A DNA stretch of 64,000 bases from the NCBI GenBank assembly GCA_951406725.2, contig OX597814.1, positions 72,354,001 to 72,418,000 on the forward strand, read 5' to 3'. Shown here piece after piece: positions 37,552 through 49,856 of the stretch. Within the stretch, counting starts at the first letter, position 1; each line of letters opens with the position of its first letter. A program made the position numbers and the translations under genes. This DNA is from Octopus vulgaris. Lineage: Eukaryota. Below the pieces are notes generated by a model. The model worked only from the letters and a program-made list of their open reading frames with translations, was not told where the DNA came from and did not search any database.

Positions 37552-38658
37552 TTGGGTCATCCCATAAATAATGTGGTTTTTTTAAACTTCTTTTATTTTT
37601 CAAAATTAAGATAAAGTTCTTTTTAAATCTAAAATATACTCTCCCTATTTTCTACAATATTTTTCCATCTGGCACACTTGCAAGGCCCCTCTTCCAAAAT
37701 TTATTTGTCTGTGATGAAAAATACTCCTCCAGTAGTGTTCTGACCTCGTCTACAAAATTCATATTTTTTCCGTCCAAATGATTTTGAAGACTACAAAATA
37801 AATGATAATCAGATGGGGCAATGTCCAGCGAATATGGTGGGTGGGGCATCATTTCCCATTCAAACTGTTCCAGCCTTTGGAATGTCATCCTTGCTGTATG
37901 TAGCTAAGTATTATCCTGATGGAAGAATACCTTTCATCTTCAAACCAGATGGTCGTTTTCCTTCTAGTGCTGACTTAAGCTGCTCACAAAAGATCTTCTT
38001 TGTTATCATTTAGTTTGGGTTTAAAAGTGGACTAAGCCTTTCATATCCTATCAAACAGATAACACCTTATATGGGTGAAGACTTTCTTTAGCCTGGGGTG
38101 CCGGTGTTTCTCCTTTGCCAACCAACTGTCTTCAGCACTTGACATTTTTATAGAGAACCCATTTCTCGTCACCAGTCTCTACTCAGTCCAAAAAAGGTTC
38201 ATTCGTGAGACGTTACAGCAAAAAAGAGCACACATTCACTCTCTGTGCAGAATTAGACTCGGAAAGTTTGTGAGGAACCTATTGACCCAATTTGCTGATT
38301 GGATTGGATGACCAAATCCAAGTTTCTCTGCTAGTTCCTCAACAGCTACTATGGGATTTTGTTCCACCAGAGTTTGCAGGACATCCTCGTCGAGCTCTAC
38401 AGATCTTCCAGGATGAGGCTGTAGTTTCTGGTCTGGAATTTCTGGAAGCACCATTGACACTGCATTAATATTCTTCGCACTTCCCATTGCATTGCTACCT
38501 TTATTGAACTCATAAAGCAAAATATGCCAAATATGCTCCTTTGTCACTTCTATTGTAGCTTTGAAAAAATAACAATCAAATTGCACTCTTATCCCATACC
38601 CCTCCAACTTTTAGCTCATGCAATTGAAAAAAACAGCATTATTTATGGAATGACCCCA
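37552..38658 (-). mobile_element. mariner-family DNA transposon, decayed
   Basis: TA-flanked ~30-bp TIRs TTGGGTCATCCCATAAATAATG / CATTATTTATGGAATGACCCCA; EHIWHILLYEFNKG, LVTRNG, PHPPYSLDIAPSDYHLF. Confidence 0.92.
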
Positions 38659-40442
38659 TATTATAATAAGTTGTATTTGTTTTAATGAAGGGTGGAGTTT
38701 AAATGTAATTATATATTGTTCAATATAAAGCATAAATTGAATATGTGAATTTGATTAAAATTTAATATTCTATATTGTATTTATGGAAATGAAATTTTTT
38801 TTCTCCCCATCATTTGTATTGTGAAACAGAATCATCATCATCATCATCGTTTAACGTCCACTTTCCATGCTAGCATGGGTTCAAATCTAATTAAAGTTGA
38901 TTATTATGTATTTCTCCTATCACTTCAGGATAAAAGCATTGATATCCTTACATCTCATTGCTTATATCAAAGTCAAGTTTTTCAAAACTATGCATAAAAC
39001 ATGTACACAGGGAAAGCCTAAAATGGAAGAGTGAACAGTGATACTCTCACCCACCAAGCTGAACACATTCAGTAATATTTGAATATTTTTCATCAAGAAA
39101 GTTCATTCGAACTTGTAATGTTTAACAGGGAAAGAATGAAGCCAACATTTGTTGTACCCAAAGGCTTGTTTTCGGAAAAAGTGATGTCTCCATACTTTAA
39201 TTCCTGATTCAGAATGAGGTCCCCTTTTCCCTTTCATTAAAATAAAATTTTATTTAAATATCATTCACATTTTATGTTATATCTCATACATATCAGCCTA
39301 ATATTAATTTAATTTTTTTTCATATATATGAGGTGAAAGTAGATGGAGAAAGAATGAATTCAAAAACCCTTTCTGTTACCACTCACCCCTATGGTTCCCC
39401 TCAACCTAATGTAGATACATATCCTATGTGTTTTCCTATCTTATTTTTCTCTCAATATTGATATTTTCTTCTTTTTTTTCTTTTATTATATATGAATTAG
39501 TTTTACTAATAAGTTATTCAGATATTGTCAAATTAGATATATGAACAAGTATTTTCATTTGTTAAAAAAGAGAAGAGCTTACTAGAAGATGAAGATTTGG
39601 CAATATCAGGGTTTAGTGGAGTGAATTTGAAAATGAACTTTTGCTGTTTACGATCATAAAATCAACCCTCTATTTTTGAAATATGCTTTACTGCTCAGTT
39701 TCAACCACATTGTAAAGTAAATTATCTCCCTTTGATTTCTAACGTCAGCTGTTAATTTGAAAAGATTTTTTTTAATTTTATTGCTTCATTTATCATTGAT
39801 AATGATTTGATTTTATGATTGCATACACAGCATAAACGTTCTTTTGAATTCATTCTACTAAAGCTTAATATTACCATACATTTTTTCTACCTGTAGAGTT
39901 TGTGATGGAGATCACAGATACAAAAGCAGCAAGAATGGGAAATTGAAGGACATGTAAATGATACAAAACAAATACTACATTAATAATAGAAAAATGTCAG
40001 ACCTCATGCTGAAACAGGAATTTTAAGTATGAAAATGTTTTCTGAATAAACAAGTTGTGGTCGTTGGTTGAAGATGGAACCTGTCTACATGCTAGAATAA
40101 TTCAACTGCAAAATAGATGCTGGTTTCATCCTCAATAAGCAAAATCTCATGTTTGAAAAAAACTTCTCAGGTGAAAATCATGTATTGAGCTAAGATTTAT
40201 TATATATTTCAAATATGTTTTATTTTAAACAAGCAGCTACAAGGATTTCACAAACTCCCACATGTATGTCTCATACACGATTGTCAAATATTATTTCCAA
40301 CACAAGCTACTTTCAAATGTTAATCAAAGTTTGTTTTCTGTTGAGAGTAGAAGTTTAATAATTTTAAAATAATAGATATATTTGTAGGAGGAATGTAATA
40401 GATTCATGACCAAGGACCAAAACCTGAGTTTTGATGTACCTT

Positions 40443-40980
40443 CATCATCATAATCATCATTTAACATTTGTTGTCCATGCTGGTATGAGTTAGATGGTTT
40501 GAACAGAGCTGGTAAGCTGGAGAGCTGCACCAGGTTCCTGTCTAATTTGGCATGGTTTCTACAACTGGATGCCCCTTCTAATGCCAACTACTTTACAGAA
40601 TGTGCTGAGTGCTTTTACCTGACAGTGGCACCAGACTCTTGCAGGCCAATCCTTTTCCTCAGAGAGAGCAGCCTTAACGCTTCTGCTGTGCATTACAGGT
40701 GTTCTTGAGTAAAGCAAAGTGGCAGGCATCTCAGTCTTTTGTTATCTCATCTGAAAGGTTCAGCACCCTGAGCTCATCCTTCAGTACTTCATCCCATGTT
40801 TTCCTGGGTCTCTCAATTCCACATGTCTCATCTTCTTTGAGAAATCAGCACTTTTTTGTGGAGCTGTCGGCATCCACCTGCATCATATGACCAAATCAGT
40901 GGTCTTTTCTCTTGCACACTATATCTAATTCCTCTTATGCCTAACTTCTCTCTCAATACACTAGCACTCTGTCTAACACG
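40443..40980 (-). mobile_element. Old RTE 3' fragment
   Basis: CATCAT tail, TCCATGCTGG, GGATGCCCCTTCTAATGCCAAC, CATCCCATGTTTTCCTGGGTCT. Confidence 0.7.
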
Positions 40981-40981
40981 T

Positions 40982-42228
40982 TGTTACACATTCATATCTA
41001 TGTGTTTACGTATGCCAAACTACATCCCCACTCTTGGCACTATTTTGTTAGTGAACAGTACAACTGTTTGTAAAGTATATAATGTATTACTACGCTGAAT
41101 GTCGAGTCCGTGTAACATGAAAAGTCAATAAACACGTAAACAATAACAATGGTTTTCATTTGGTTGTCTATCCCATTAGAACACAAACTACACATAACAT
41201 GGTGGCAGTGGTAAATAATTAATCGGAAACTGTGCCTTTACAACGAAACAGAAACACAACGAACGAGGAATTAACAAACAAAATATCGCTTCGTCTTAGG
41301 ACAACACGACGATCCAAGATGGCGACCCCCGTCGCCGTACAGATGAATCTACATCCGATTATGAACTGGGATTCTAGTGATGTCGTAGAAGCATTTAAAA
41401 AATTCAAACAAAAAACTCAACTAGCTTTCAAAAGTTTCCTGAAAGGCACAACTGACGATGAGAAGGTAAGCTATATCCTTTTATGGTCAGGTAATAAAGG
41501 AATAGACCTATTCAATAGCTGGGATATGTCAGAATCGGACACACTTCTTGAGAAATTTGAAAGGCACCTTGAGCCCAGGTCGAACCATAGAATTCACAGA
41601 TACGAATTCCAGGGCCTGAAACAAGACCCACAAGAATCAATTGACAATTTCCTGTCAAGACTGAAAAATGTTGCAGAGAAATGCAAATTCAAAGACAGGG
41701 AGGAGAGAATTGTAGACCAATTAATATGGGGGTGTGCCCACAAAGAAGTACAAAAAATCACTAATAGGTAAGGACGCTCTCCAGTTGGTAGAAGCAGTAG
41801 ACACTGCAAGAGCATTCGAAGCCACTACCCAACAAATGGCCTCACTTAGCTTACAAACAAGCTCACTAGGTAGCAGTGTAGATATTGTATCTAGGCACAG
41901 GACACATACCCGCAAACAAAGAACATGCCAGTACTGTGGTACAGAGCATGAATTTAATAACCGAAAAAAATGTCCTGCATTCGGTACACACTGCAAAGCA
42001 CGTGGAAAACTTAACCACTGGGAAAAAATGTGTAGGTTAACAAAATCCCAGAAATACAAGCCCCAATTTTCGAAGAGGAGCAGAAATAGAAGAGATATAC
42101 ATGTACAACAACAGGAACAAAACACCTCAGAGGAGGAATTCTTGGCAGTCGGCATAATAAATGTGCATGAGATGGGAAAGGACAACCGGAAGAAAGAAGA
42201 TGAGGCATACACGACAATAAGAATTTAG
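40982..42228 (+). mobile_element. Gypsy-type LTR retrotransposon 5' fragment: LTR (40982-41199), PBS, gag with zinc knuckles; 3'-truncated
   Basis: TGTTA...TAACA LTR with AATAAA; PBS TGGTGGCAGTGG (tRNA-Leu-like) at 41200; frameshifted gag (QESIDNFLSRL..AEKC.F; CQYCG..H...CPAFG..CKARGKLNHWEKMC). Confidence 0.85.
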
Positions 42229-42229
42229 G

Positions 42230-43555
42230 CTTGTTTCATTAAATAACTGTAACTTTTTTACTTATCAACATTTAATGTGATATTTGGAACATAATTAAAG
42301 AAAGGGTTCTTAATCAATTCTATTGCATAACTTTTGTCTCAAAGTGACTTTAATTACAGGTAAATCCAGGTAAATTGAGCAAAAGGTAAAAAATTAAAAT
42401 TTTGTTTAAACATCACTATAGAAAATGAATCATCAGCTAATATTCAAATGGGTATGCAACAAAATTTTGATAAAGAAGAATTGTGCACATCACTAGATCA
42501 TCAGTTGAATTTCATGCACAACAGGTGTACCATAAAGGTGGAATAAACTGAAATATTGGAATCCACCGTAAGTTTGAATGAACTAAAGAAATCAGTCAAA
42601 AAATAATATACGGTCCTGGTTATGGTATAGAAGTGATAAATTCCAAACCACATCGTTCCCTAGGCCATGCTGACTAACATTTTCCCTGTATAAAAACTAA
42701 ATCCACGCAGTACCTAGTAATTTGCTTCACAAATTTTCCGAAATTTGATCCCCGATTTTGTGTTTGTTTACAATCTGCGTAAGTTTGTTTCCGCATTGAT
42801 CGCTTCAAACAATAACTTCCAGACCACATCGTACCCTAAGCCATGCTGACTAACATTAGTTTCCCTGTATAAAAACTAAATCCACAACAGTACCCAGTAT
42901 TTGCTTCACAAATTTTCCAAACTTTGAACCCCGATTTTGTGTTTGTTTACAATCTGCGTAAGTTTGTTTCCGAAGTGATCGCTTCAAACTAGCATACTGA
43001 AAAAAATAAAAGTCTAATGATTTCACTTCCTAAGAAAGGCTATAGATAAACTTTATCTCCTCAGAAAAATTGCTAATAAAAACATTTAAAAAGTTTTTTT
43101 ACTTCATTCCGATGTAAAATCGTCTTCGCTGTCGCCGCTTTGTTTCTTCGGAAGGCGCTGCTTTCATTTTCGGATAAAAAAATATTCATTATTTTGTACA
43201 CCACGTGCTTTAGTACCTATTTCATTCTTTTTCTCGATATCTCCCTATTTTCCGTTGAAAAAGCTTTAAATTCGGAATCAATGCTTGATAACATGAAACT
43301 CCTATCCATTTTCAAAGTTGAAGAAAAATCGATGCCGAAAAACATGTGGAAAAAAATCTCCCAAAATTCACTGAGTTGAGATATCACTTCAAGCAATGTC
43401 GGATACTATAACTTAACTATTTACAATGTGAAATCACATGTTTTAACGAATGTACCAATGAGATTTGGGTTCAAATTTACATTTAAATAACAATAGGTTC
43501 TCATAGCCGGGTACGGCCGGCTTGGTATTATGAAACAAAAAATTTTACGGCCGGG
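42230..43555 (-). mobile_element. Possible piggyBac-like non-autonomous/decayed element
   Basis: Right end CCGGG|TTAA; CpG-rich subterminal region; decayed acidic reading frame near 43100-43320. No matching left end was found. Confidence 0.4.
42641..42989. repeat. Tandem duplication of a ~175-bp unit
   Basis: TTCCA.ACCACATCGT.CCCTA.GCCATGCTGACTAACATT...GATCGCTTCAAAC at 42641 and 42817, highly similar. Confidence 0.9.
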
Positions 43556-43592
43556 TTAAAAAATAAAATTGAATGAATAAAAACATATCTTA

Positions 43593-43724
<132 letters not shown>

Positions 43725-44861
43725 CTACCATCAAAGGCAATATTGGTCAAAATTAGTTTATATCTTAGCTTATACAAAATATCAATTTATCAGAAGTTTC
43801 TAAATAATTTTATAATTTTGAATTTTAACTGTCATTGACAGTGACAAAAAAAAAAATCATGTATTAAAATACCAGCAAAAGGTGAAAAGTTCCATTAAAA
43901 TTCCCTGTTCCTTCTCCTTTATCAATTCAATATATATACATGCATGCATATGTGTATGAAACAATTGCAGTTGGATCTCAAGTAAGATGGTAGAGAAAAA
44001 AGATTCCATATGTAATGGTTTTACATGAGTAATTAGCAGTCAGTCAATTGCCCAGAAACATCATTAGTTGAGGTGAGTCTTGCAAAAGTTTATCAGCCAG
44101 ACTAAGGACAGAGTGAGGAAAACAAAGTAGTTATTACTTCTTCTAGCAACAAAATGCATTCTTTTTCTTCTAATAAGAGGTGAATGTATGCTGTTTAAGT
44201 ACTAAAGAGGGTCACAAGATATGTGATATTAGCATGCATCAAGTGTACTAAGAGAAAAACAGCATGAACAGTAACAATCATAGTGTACAGGAGAGAATAC
44301 TGCACTGGTTATACATATGAGGAATGAAGGGAATAAGTTTCATTCACATGGCTGCAAAGCAAACTTCATAGCAACACAACCTTTTGTGGAACACTTACAA
44401 ACAACTGAAATCCAAAAACAAATGAAAGATGTGAGTACATTTTGTTATTTTAGTACACAGAAAAATGAAGAAGATTGTCCTGACATCAGAGAAGTAAGTA
44501 CCTTTGTATTCCTCTACCCACAAATCTATTCATTCTAAATCCTCTTTGTGGGCAAAGAAATGAGTAGGATAATTGTCTTCTCATAGGTGGTCAACAAACT
44601 GTGAAACATATCAGGGCACTCTTCTTTATTTCCTGAGTATGAAGAGAATAACAAGATGTATTTACAACTGTTTAAAGTTCCACAGTGAAAGGCTTAAAAA
44701 CTGTAGCTTAAATAATTTGATGTATGTTTGATATAGGGGTAAAAGAGAGAGACTGACACAAGATGTAACTTACACACACATATGCAAACAAAGTGTTTCC
44801 TCCTATTTGCAATTTGAAACAAAAGACTAACAAATAATTCAAAAAACAAAATAAAATCTTA

Positions 44862-45260
<399 letters not shown>

Positions 45261-46059
45261 TTAACATCTGTCTTCCATGCTGGTATGGATTGGAGGAGAG
45301 CATTGAGTTTCAAAATTGGCTTTGGCATGGTTTCTATGACTGGATACCCTTCATTTCTTGTAAAGAGAAACTACTCACATTATAGAAGAAAGGGTGGAAC
45401 CAGAAAGAGATAAAAATAGTGGTGATGAGGTGTGACAGTGCACCCTTAAGGCATGAGGTGAGTAGATGTGACTGGAGACAGAAAAACAATAAGTGTAGAG
45501 GGATGATAATAAATAGGGAAGGTAAAGAAGAGGGAAGAGTTGGTGACAACTGCAGAAATTGGGTAGGATTGCAGAGTAACGAGTGGTACCTGAGGAAAGG
45601 GAGAAGAAATAACTGACAGTATAGAAAAGGGGTGAAGAGCAGCAGAGTGGTAATAATAATATTACAGCAAGCAGGGGGAAATGAGAGAGGGTGGAGATGA
45701 TGTATAGTTAGACAGGTTATAAGAGTGTTGGGCAAGCATAGAGAGAGATGTATGGTGATAGAGAAATAATTTGGTGGCTTAGGACAGTGACCAATATAAA
45801 ATGTGGGTAGAGAGGAATGAAAGATAGAAAGCAAGTGAAATGATTACAGAAGGATAAGCAATAACATGAAAAAGTATCCAGTTCTACTCACACTTAATTA
45901 CAGAGCAGGATAATGCAGTTAGAGAGATGACAGGTGGATATCATACACACACCCACACATATTTGTAGGTTCATCTGGGACTGTGAACAGCAGGGGATCA
46001 AGTTGATTCTTGAAAACATCTACCCCACTACTCCATGTAGATCCCTCAGATGTTTTGGC

Positions 46060-46220
46060 AAGGTATTGTTTTCTGCCTTTACATTCTGAGCTTACATTCT
46101 GCTAAGGTCAACTTTACCTTTCGAGGTCGATAAAATAAGTACCAGTTGAGCAATGGGGGTCGATGTAATCGACTAGCTCCTCCCCCAAACTGCTGGACTT
46201 GTGGCAGAATTTAAAACCAA
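46060..46220 (+). mobile_element. SINE fragment (second SINE family; another copy on - at ~62985-63140)
   Basis: AAGGTCAACTTT...GGTCGATAAAATAAGTACCAG...GGGGTCGATGTAATCGACTA; reverse-complement similarity at ~63000-63110. Confidence 0.55.
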
Positions 46221-47984
46221 CATTTTGTCTCTCTCATGAAAGTTTGTGGCTCACCTTTGCCTCTTCTCTCTCTCTCTCATTATTGCTTAAGGGCAAAAAG
46301 CAAATCCCACACACCTACTACTTCCTTTGATCATATCTCTCAGCTTCCCCTTATACACGCTACAAGTTGTCCTATGTTTCATATCACTTTTAATACTCTG
46401 CTCAATCAAGATAAGGACCACTTTGGGTTTCCTAGTCTTGCAAGCTGCATAGCAATTTCACTAGTGCTGGTGGCACGAAAAAAGCACCGAGTACATAATG
46501 AAAAGCAGCTGGTATTAGGAAGGGCATCCAACCACAGAAAATTATGACAAAGTTATTTTCATAAATTCATCATTATTTTCAAAATCAATTTAAACAATAA
46601 GCTCTGCCGGTATCAATTCTTAATGCATTTTTACCCCACCCTTCTACAAACTTGGTGATTTTGAGAGATTTGCATGGGAAGTTATGAATGTGCTTCTTTA
46701 TTTCACAAGCTTGGCACACAGAGAATATTTTATTCATTACTCTCACTAAGTCTGCTGTCAGTATACTTCTTCAAATTTTCAAAAAATCCTTTTTCATAAA
46801 AAGCTTACTCCCATTATTTCCAAAACTGTACTAAAAAAAAAGAATGGAAAAATCCCTGTCAAAATGAAGAAATTTCAACTTATGTAGATGTCTGATCCAA
46901 AACTCTGCCATTTATAGCCATTTTTAATAGTCCATTAAAATTTCACTGTTATGGTGTCATATCCCAAAATCTCAAGATTTATTTAGCTCTTACCTACTAC
47001 AAATGTGCCAAAACTCAAGTCCCTGTGGCATGTACTTTTGGATTTAAGTAGGTCTAAAAACACTGTAAAACTGACTAGTTGTGACATGTAACAAAATAGG
47101 CTTTACATAAATATTTTTAAAATTGCCAAAAAAAAAAGGCTTTCTTTCCAAGAACCTGAAAAAAAAAAGCAACTGCTATCCCATGGTCGCTATTAATTCA
47201 TATAATTTGAAGGCGATTATCACCTCAGTTTCAAAAATATGGCTAGTTTTTTCAATTAAGCAAGATTTCGACCCATTTGCTGACCATTCAGATTATCAGA
47301 TTTCCTCAAATATTTATCCAAATTTCACAAATGAGGTATCAAAATGTTTCTATTTGGATGCTCTCCAAGTACAGTAGAAATTACATCTAAATATTTTTTA
47401 AGATTCATAGTGATACCTAATATAATTTCGGTAAGTAGTAATTCACATTAAAAAAAAAAATTTAGCAGCAAGAAATAACTCAAACAAGAGCACTCAGAGA
47501 GCACAAACCTCCACCAAGGCAACACCAACGTCCTCTCAACGATTAGCCAGAGACGATTTTTAAAATGTGAATATCTGAAATAAACTCGACTGCTCTCACA
47601 AATGAGAATACTAAAAATGAGCCAGACTACTCCCAAAAATTAAATAAAGAAACGGAAAAATAATCCAGAATCCTGGTCTAGTACCTGATCAATCTCAATG
47701 GTAGTCAAGGAATGTGAAGGTGGCTGTAGAAAATTTAGTAACAGTAATAAATAGTTTATCCTTACAAGCCAAAGTTAACAAATTCACTATTCAAAATAGT
47801 TTCAAAGGCAGAGGTAATAATAATAAGTTCTACTCAGGAATTTTTAATGAATAGCATGAGACCTTTTGGTTTTCTCTTCTCCAGCCTTCCTTTAGTATTC
47901 CTGTTGTTTTAGATCGATGTATAGATGTATGTATATATGTAAATATACTGTAAAGTGTTTGTGTATGTATAATATATATATGGG

Positions 47985-49440
47985 AAGAATTCACAAAAAA
48001 AAAAGACAAAGACAGGTGTATTAGTTTAACGCTCGGGAAGTGAAAAAGTCTTTAATGTTTCGAGCCTATGCTCTTCCACAGAATGGAACTCAGAAAGAAA
48101 CGAGGAGAGAAAATAAAGAATGTGTAGCAGCTAGCGATCTATCATGGCAAATGCCAGACAGAGGGGTCACACAGGAGAGCTTGGAAGAAGGGGAGATAAT
48201 AAAGTAGTGGTGATCCCAAAATGAAGGTGGGCATGCGTGTGTATAAGAGAGCATGTATGTGTGTGTGGAAGAGAACTGGTGACCTTGACGTGTAGGTGTG
48301 TGGATGATGGTGTGAGGCTGGGAAGTGGTCAGTGCTTGTGTGTGCATGGTGGTGTGATGTGGTGTTGAGATGTGGGGGAAGCAAGGGTGGGGTGTGGGTT
48401 AGGCTGAGGGTGGGGTATGTGGGAGTGGTTGGGATGGACAGGGAAGGTTGGGTTGGATTGTGTAGGGGTGGAGTTACAAGGGAGGGAGGCAAGAGTGGAG
48501 AGAAGGAGAGTAGGACTGAAGAGAAGAAGTAGGAGTCGGAGCAAGAGAGGAGAGGTGGGTGGGAGGAAGTAGGTGTGACAGGAAGAGAGGAGAGGGGAGG
48601 AGAATTGAGCCCATGTGGAGCAAAGAGAGAAGATTAATCTTAGTTCATGGCAAAGACATGAGTCTGGATGGCCCCTGTGCAAGGACAATTCAAACACAGA
48701 CAGATGTGGCAAAGATTGACCGGCAGAGCAAAAATGGTGCAAGACTGGGGTGTCATTGCCGAGTCGGATATTTCAGAGGTGTTCTGCGAACTGGTTAGTA
48801 AAGCGGTGTCCCGTTTGCCCGATGTATAGAGAAGGGCAGAGAGAGCAGAAAATGCAGTAGATGACATTGATAGAAGTGCAGGTGAAGGAGTCGGTGATAT
48901 GATAGGGTTGATGATGGGTGCCGGTGAGGAGGATGGTGATGGAGAGGTACGGGCAAGTGCGGCAGAGTGGGTGGAAGCAGAGGAACGAGTTGGGTTAGGG
49001 AAGAAGCTGTGGACCAAGAGGTCTCGTAGGTTGTGGGCTTGTTTGAAGGAGGGGAAGGGTTGGTTAGGGAAGATGTGCGAAGTGAAGGGGTAGGACTGGA
49101 GTTGCCAGAAGGCTTGGAGAATGGTGTGGTGGTGAAATGTGTGGGTGGTGGGGTGGTAGGTGAGGGGAGACGGGAGACTGCCGGGTGGGTGCGGGAGAGA
49201 AAGCATGGAACGTACTCTGGCAACGGCAGTGTGGATAGTGGTGAGGGGATGATGTGGCAAGCCATTAGTTGAGACTGAGTCTCAAAGTCATGGTCGTCAC
49301 TGCAGAGCCTGCGTAGACGGAGGAATTAGGAATAGGGGATAGAAAGCTTGGTGTGTTTAGTGTGGGAGGAGGAGAAGCTGAGGTATGAGTGTGAGTCTGT
49401 GTGTTTGTAGTGGATGGAGGTGGTGAGAGTGGAGTGATGA
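47985..49440 (-). mobile_element. Penelope-like element 3' part (RT C-terminus, GIY-YIG endonuclease, pLTR)
   Basis: LTYHPT..., FKQAHNLRDLLVHS, PCRTCP, ITDSFTCTSINVIYCIFCSLCPSLYIGQTG...FAEHL (GIY-YIG); hammerhead-like motif in the pLTR at ~48050-48085. Confidence 0.88.
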
Positions 49441-49554
49441 ATGCATGTTATTTAATTTCTGAACGGTTTTGCTGCCGTTTTTTCATGTAGTTTGATTTCT
49501 TTATCCATCAATAAAAGAGAGACACAAATAAAATTAATAATAGAGAAACAAAAT

Positions 49555-49828
49555 TAAAACATTTTAAAGAGCCTAAAGGAAGATAATTGAGAAAGACTTG
49601 AAAGTCAACGTAAGATTGTAATTATGTAAAGTAAATATAACAAATAATCTAGAATCCTTGTCCAGTACCAGATGATCCCAATATCTAATCAGTTCGTGCC
49701 AGTCACGTGGCCAAACATCCCTGAAAGTTTCATCCGAATCCATCCAGCGGTTCTTGAGATATCTTGTCCATGAACAAACAAACACAACTGTAAACAATAT
49801 CTCTACCTTTGCTAAAGTGGAGGTAATA
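49555..49828 (+). mobile_element. Non-autonomous Helentron/HINE-like repeat (related fragment at ~47480-47700)
   Basis: Shared AATAATC.AGAATCCT.GTC.AGTACC.GAT block; terminal hairpin CTCTACCTTTGCTAAAGTGGAGG; ACCTCCACCAAGG in the 47480 copy. Confidence 0.45.
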
Positions 49829-49856
49829 AGCTAATGGCATGAATTGGGATAAATAA

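Noticed and set aside
42641-42989. Tandem 175-bp repeat as a second retrozyme or a CRISPR-like array
   Set aside because: No hammerhead core found on either strand by eye; only two units and no repeat-spacer architecture.
45334-45834. 166-aa hydrophobic minus-strand ORF
   Set aside because: Arises from a purine-rich low-complexity repeat remnant; no family motif or splice support.
46620-47430. Possible DNA transposon remnant
   Set aside because: Repeat-like composition, but no TIR/TSD or coding motif identified.
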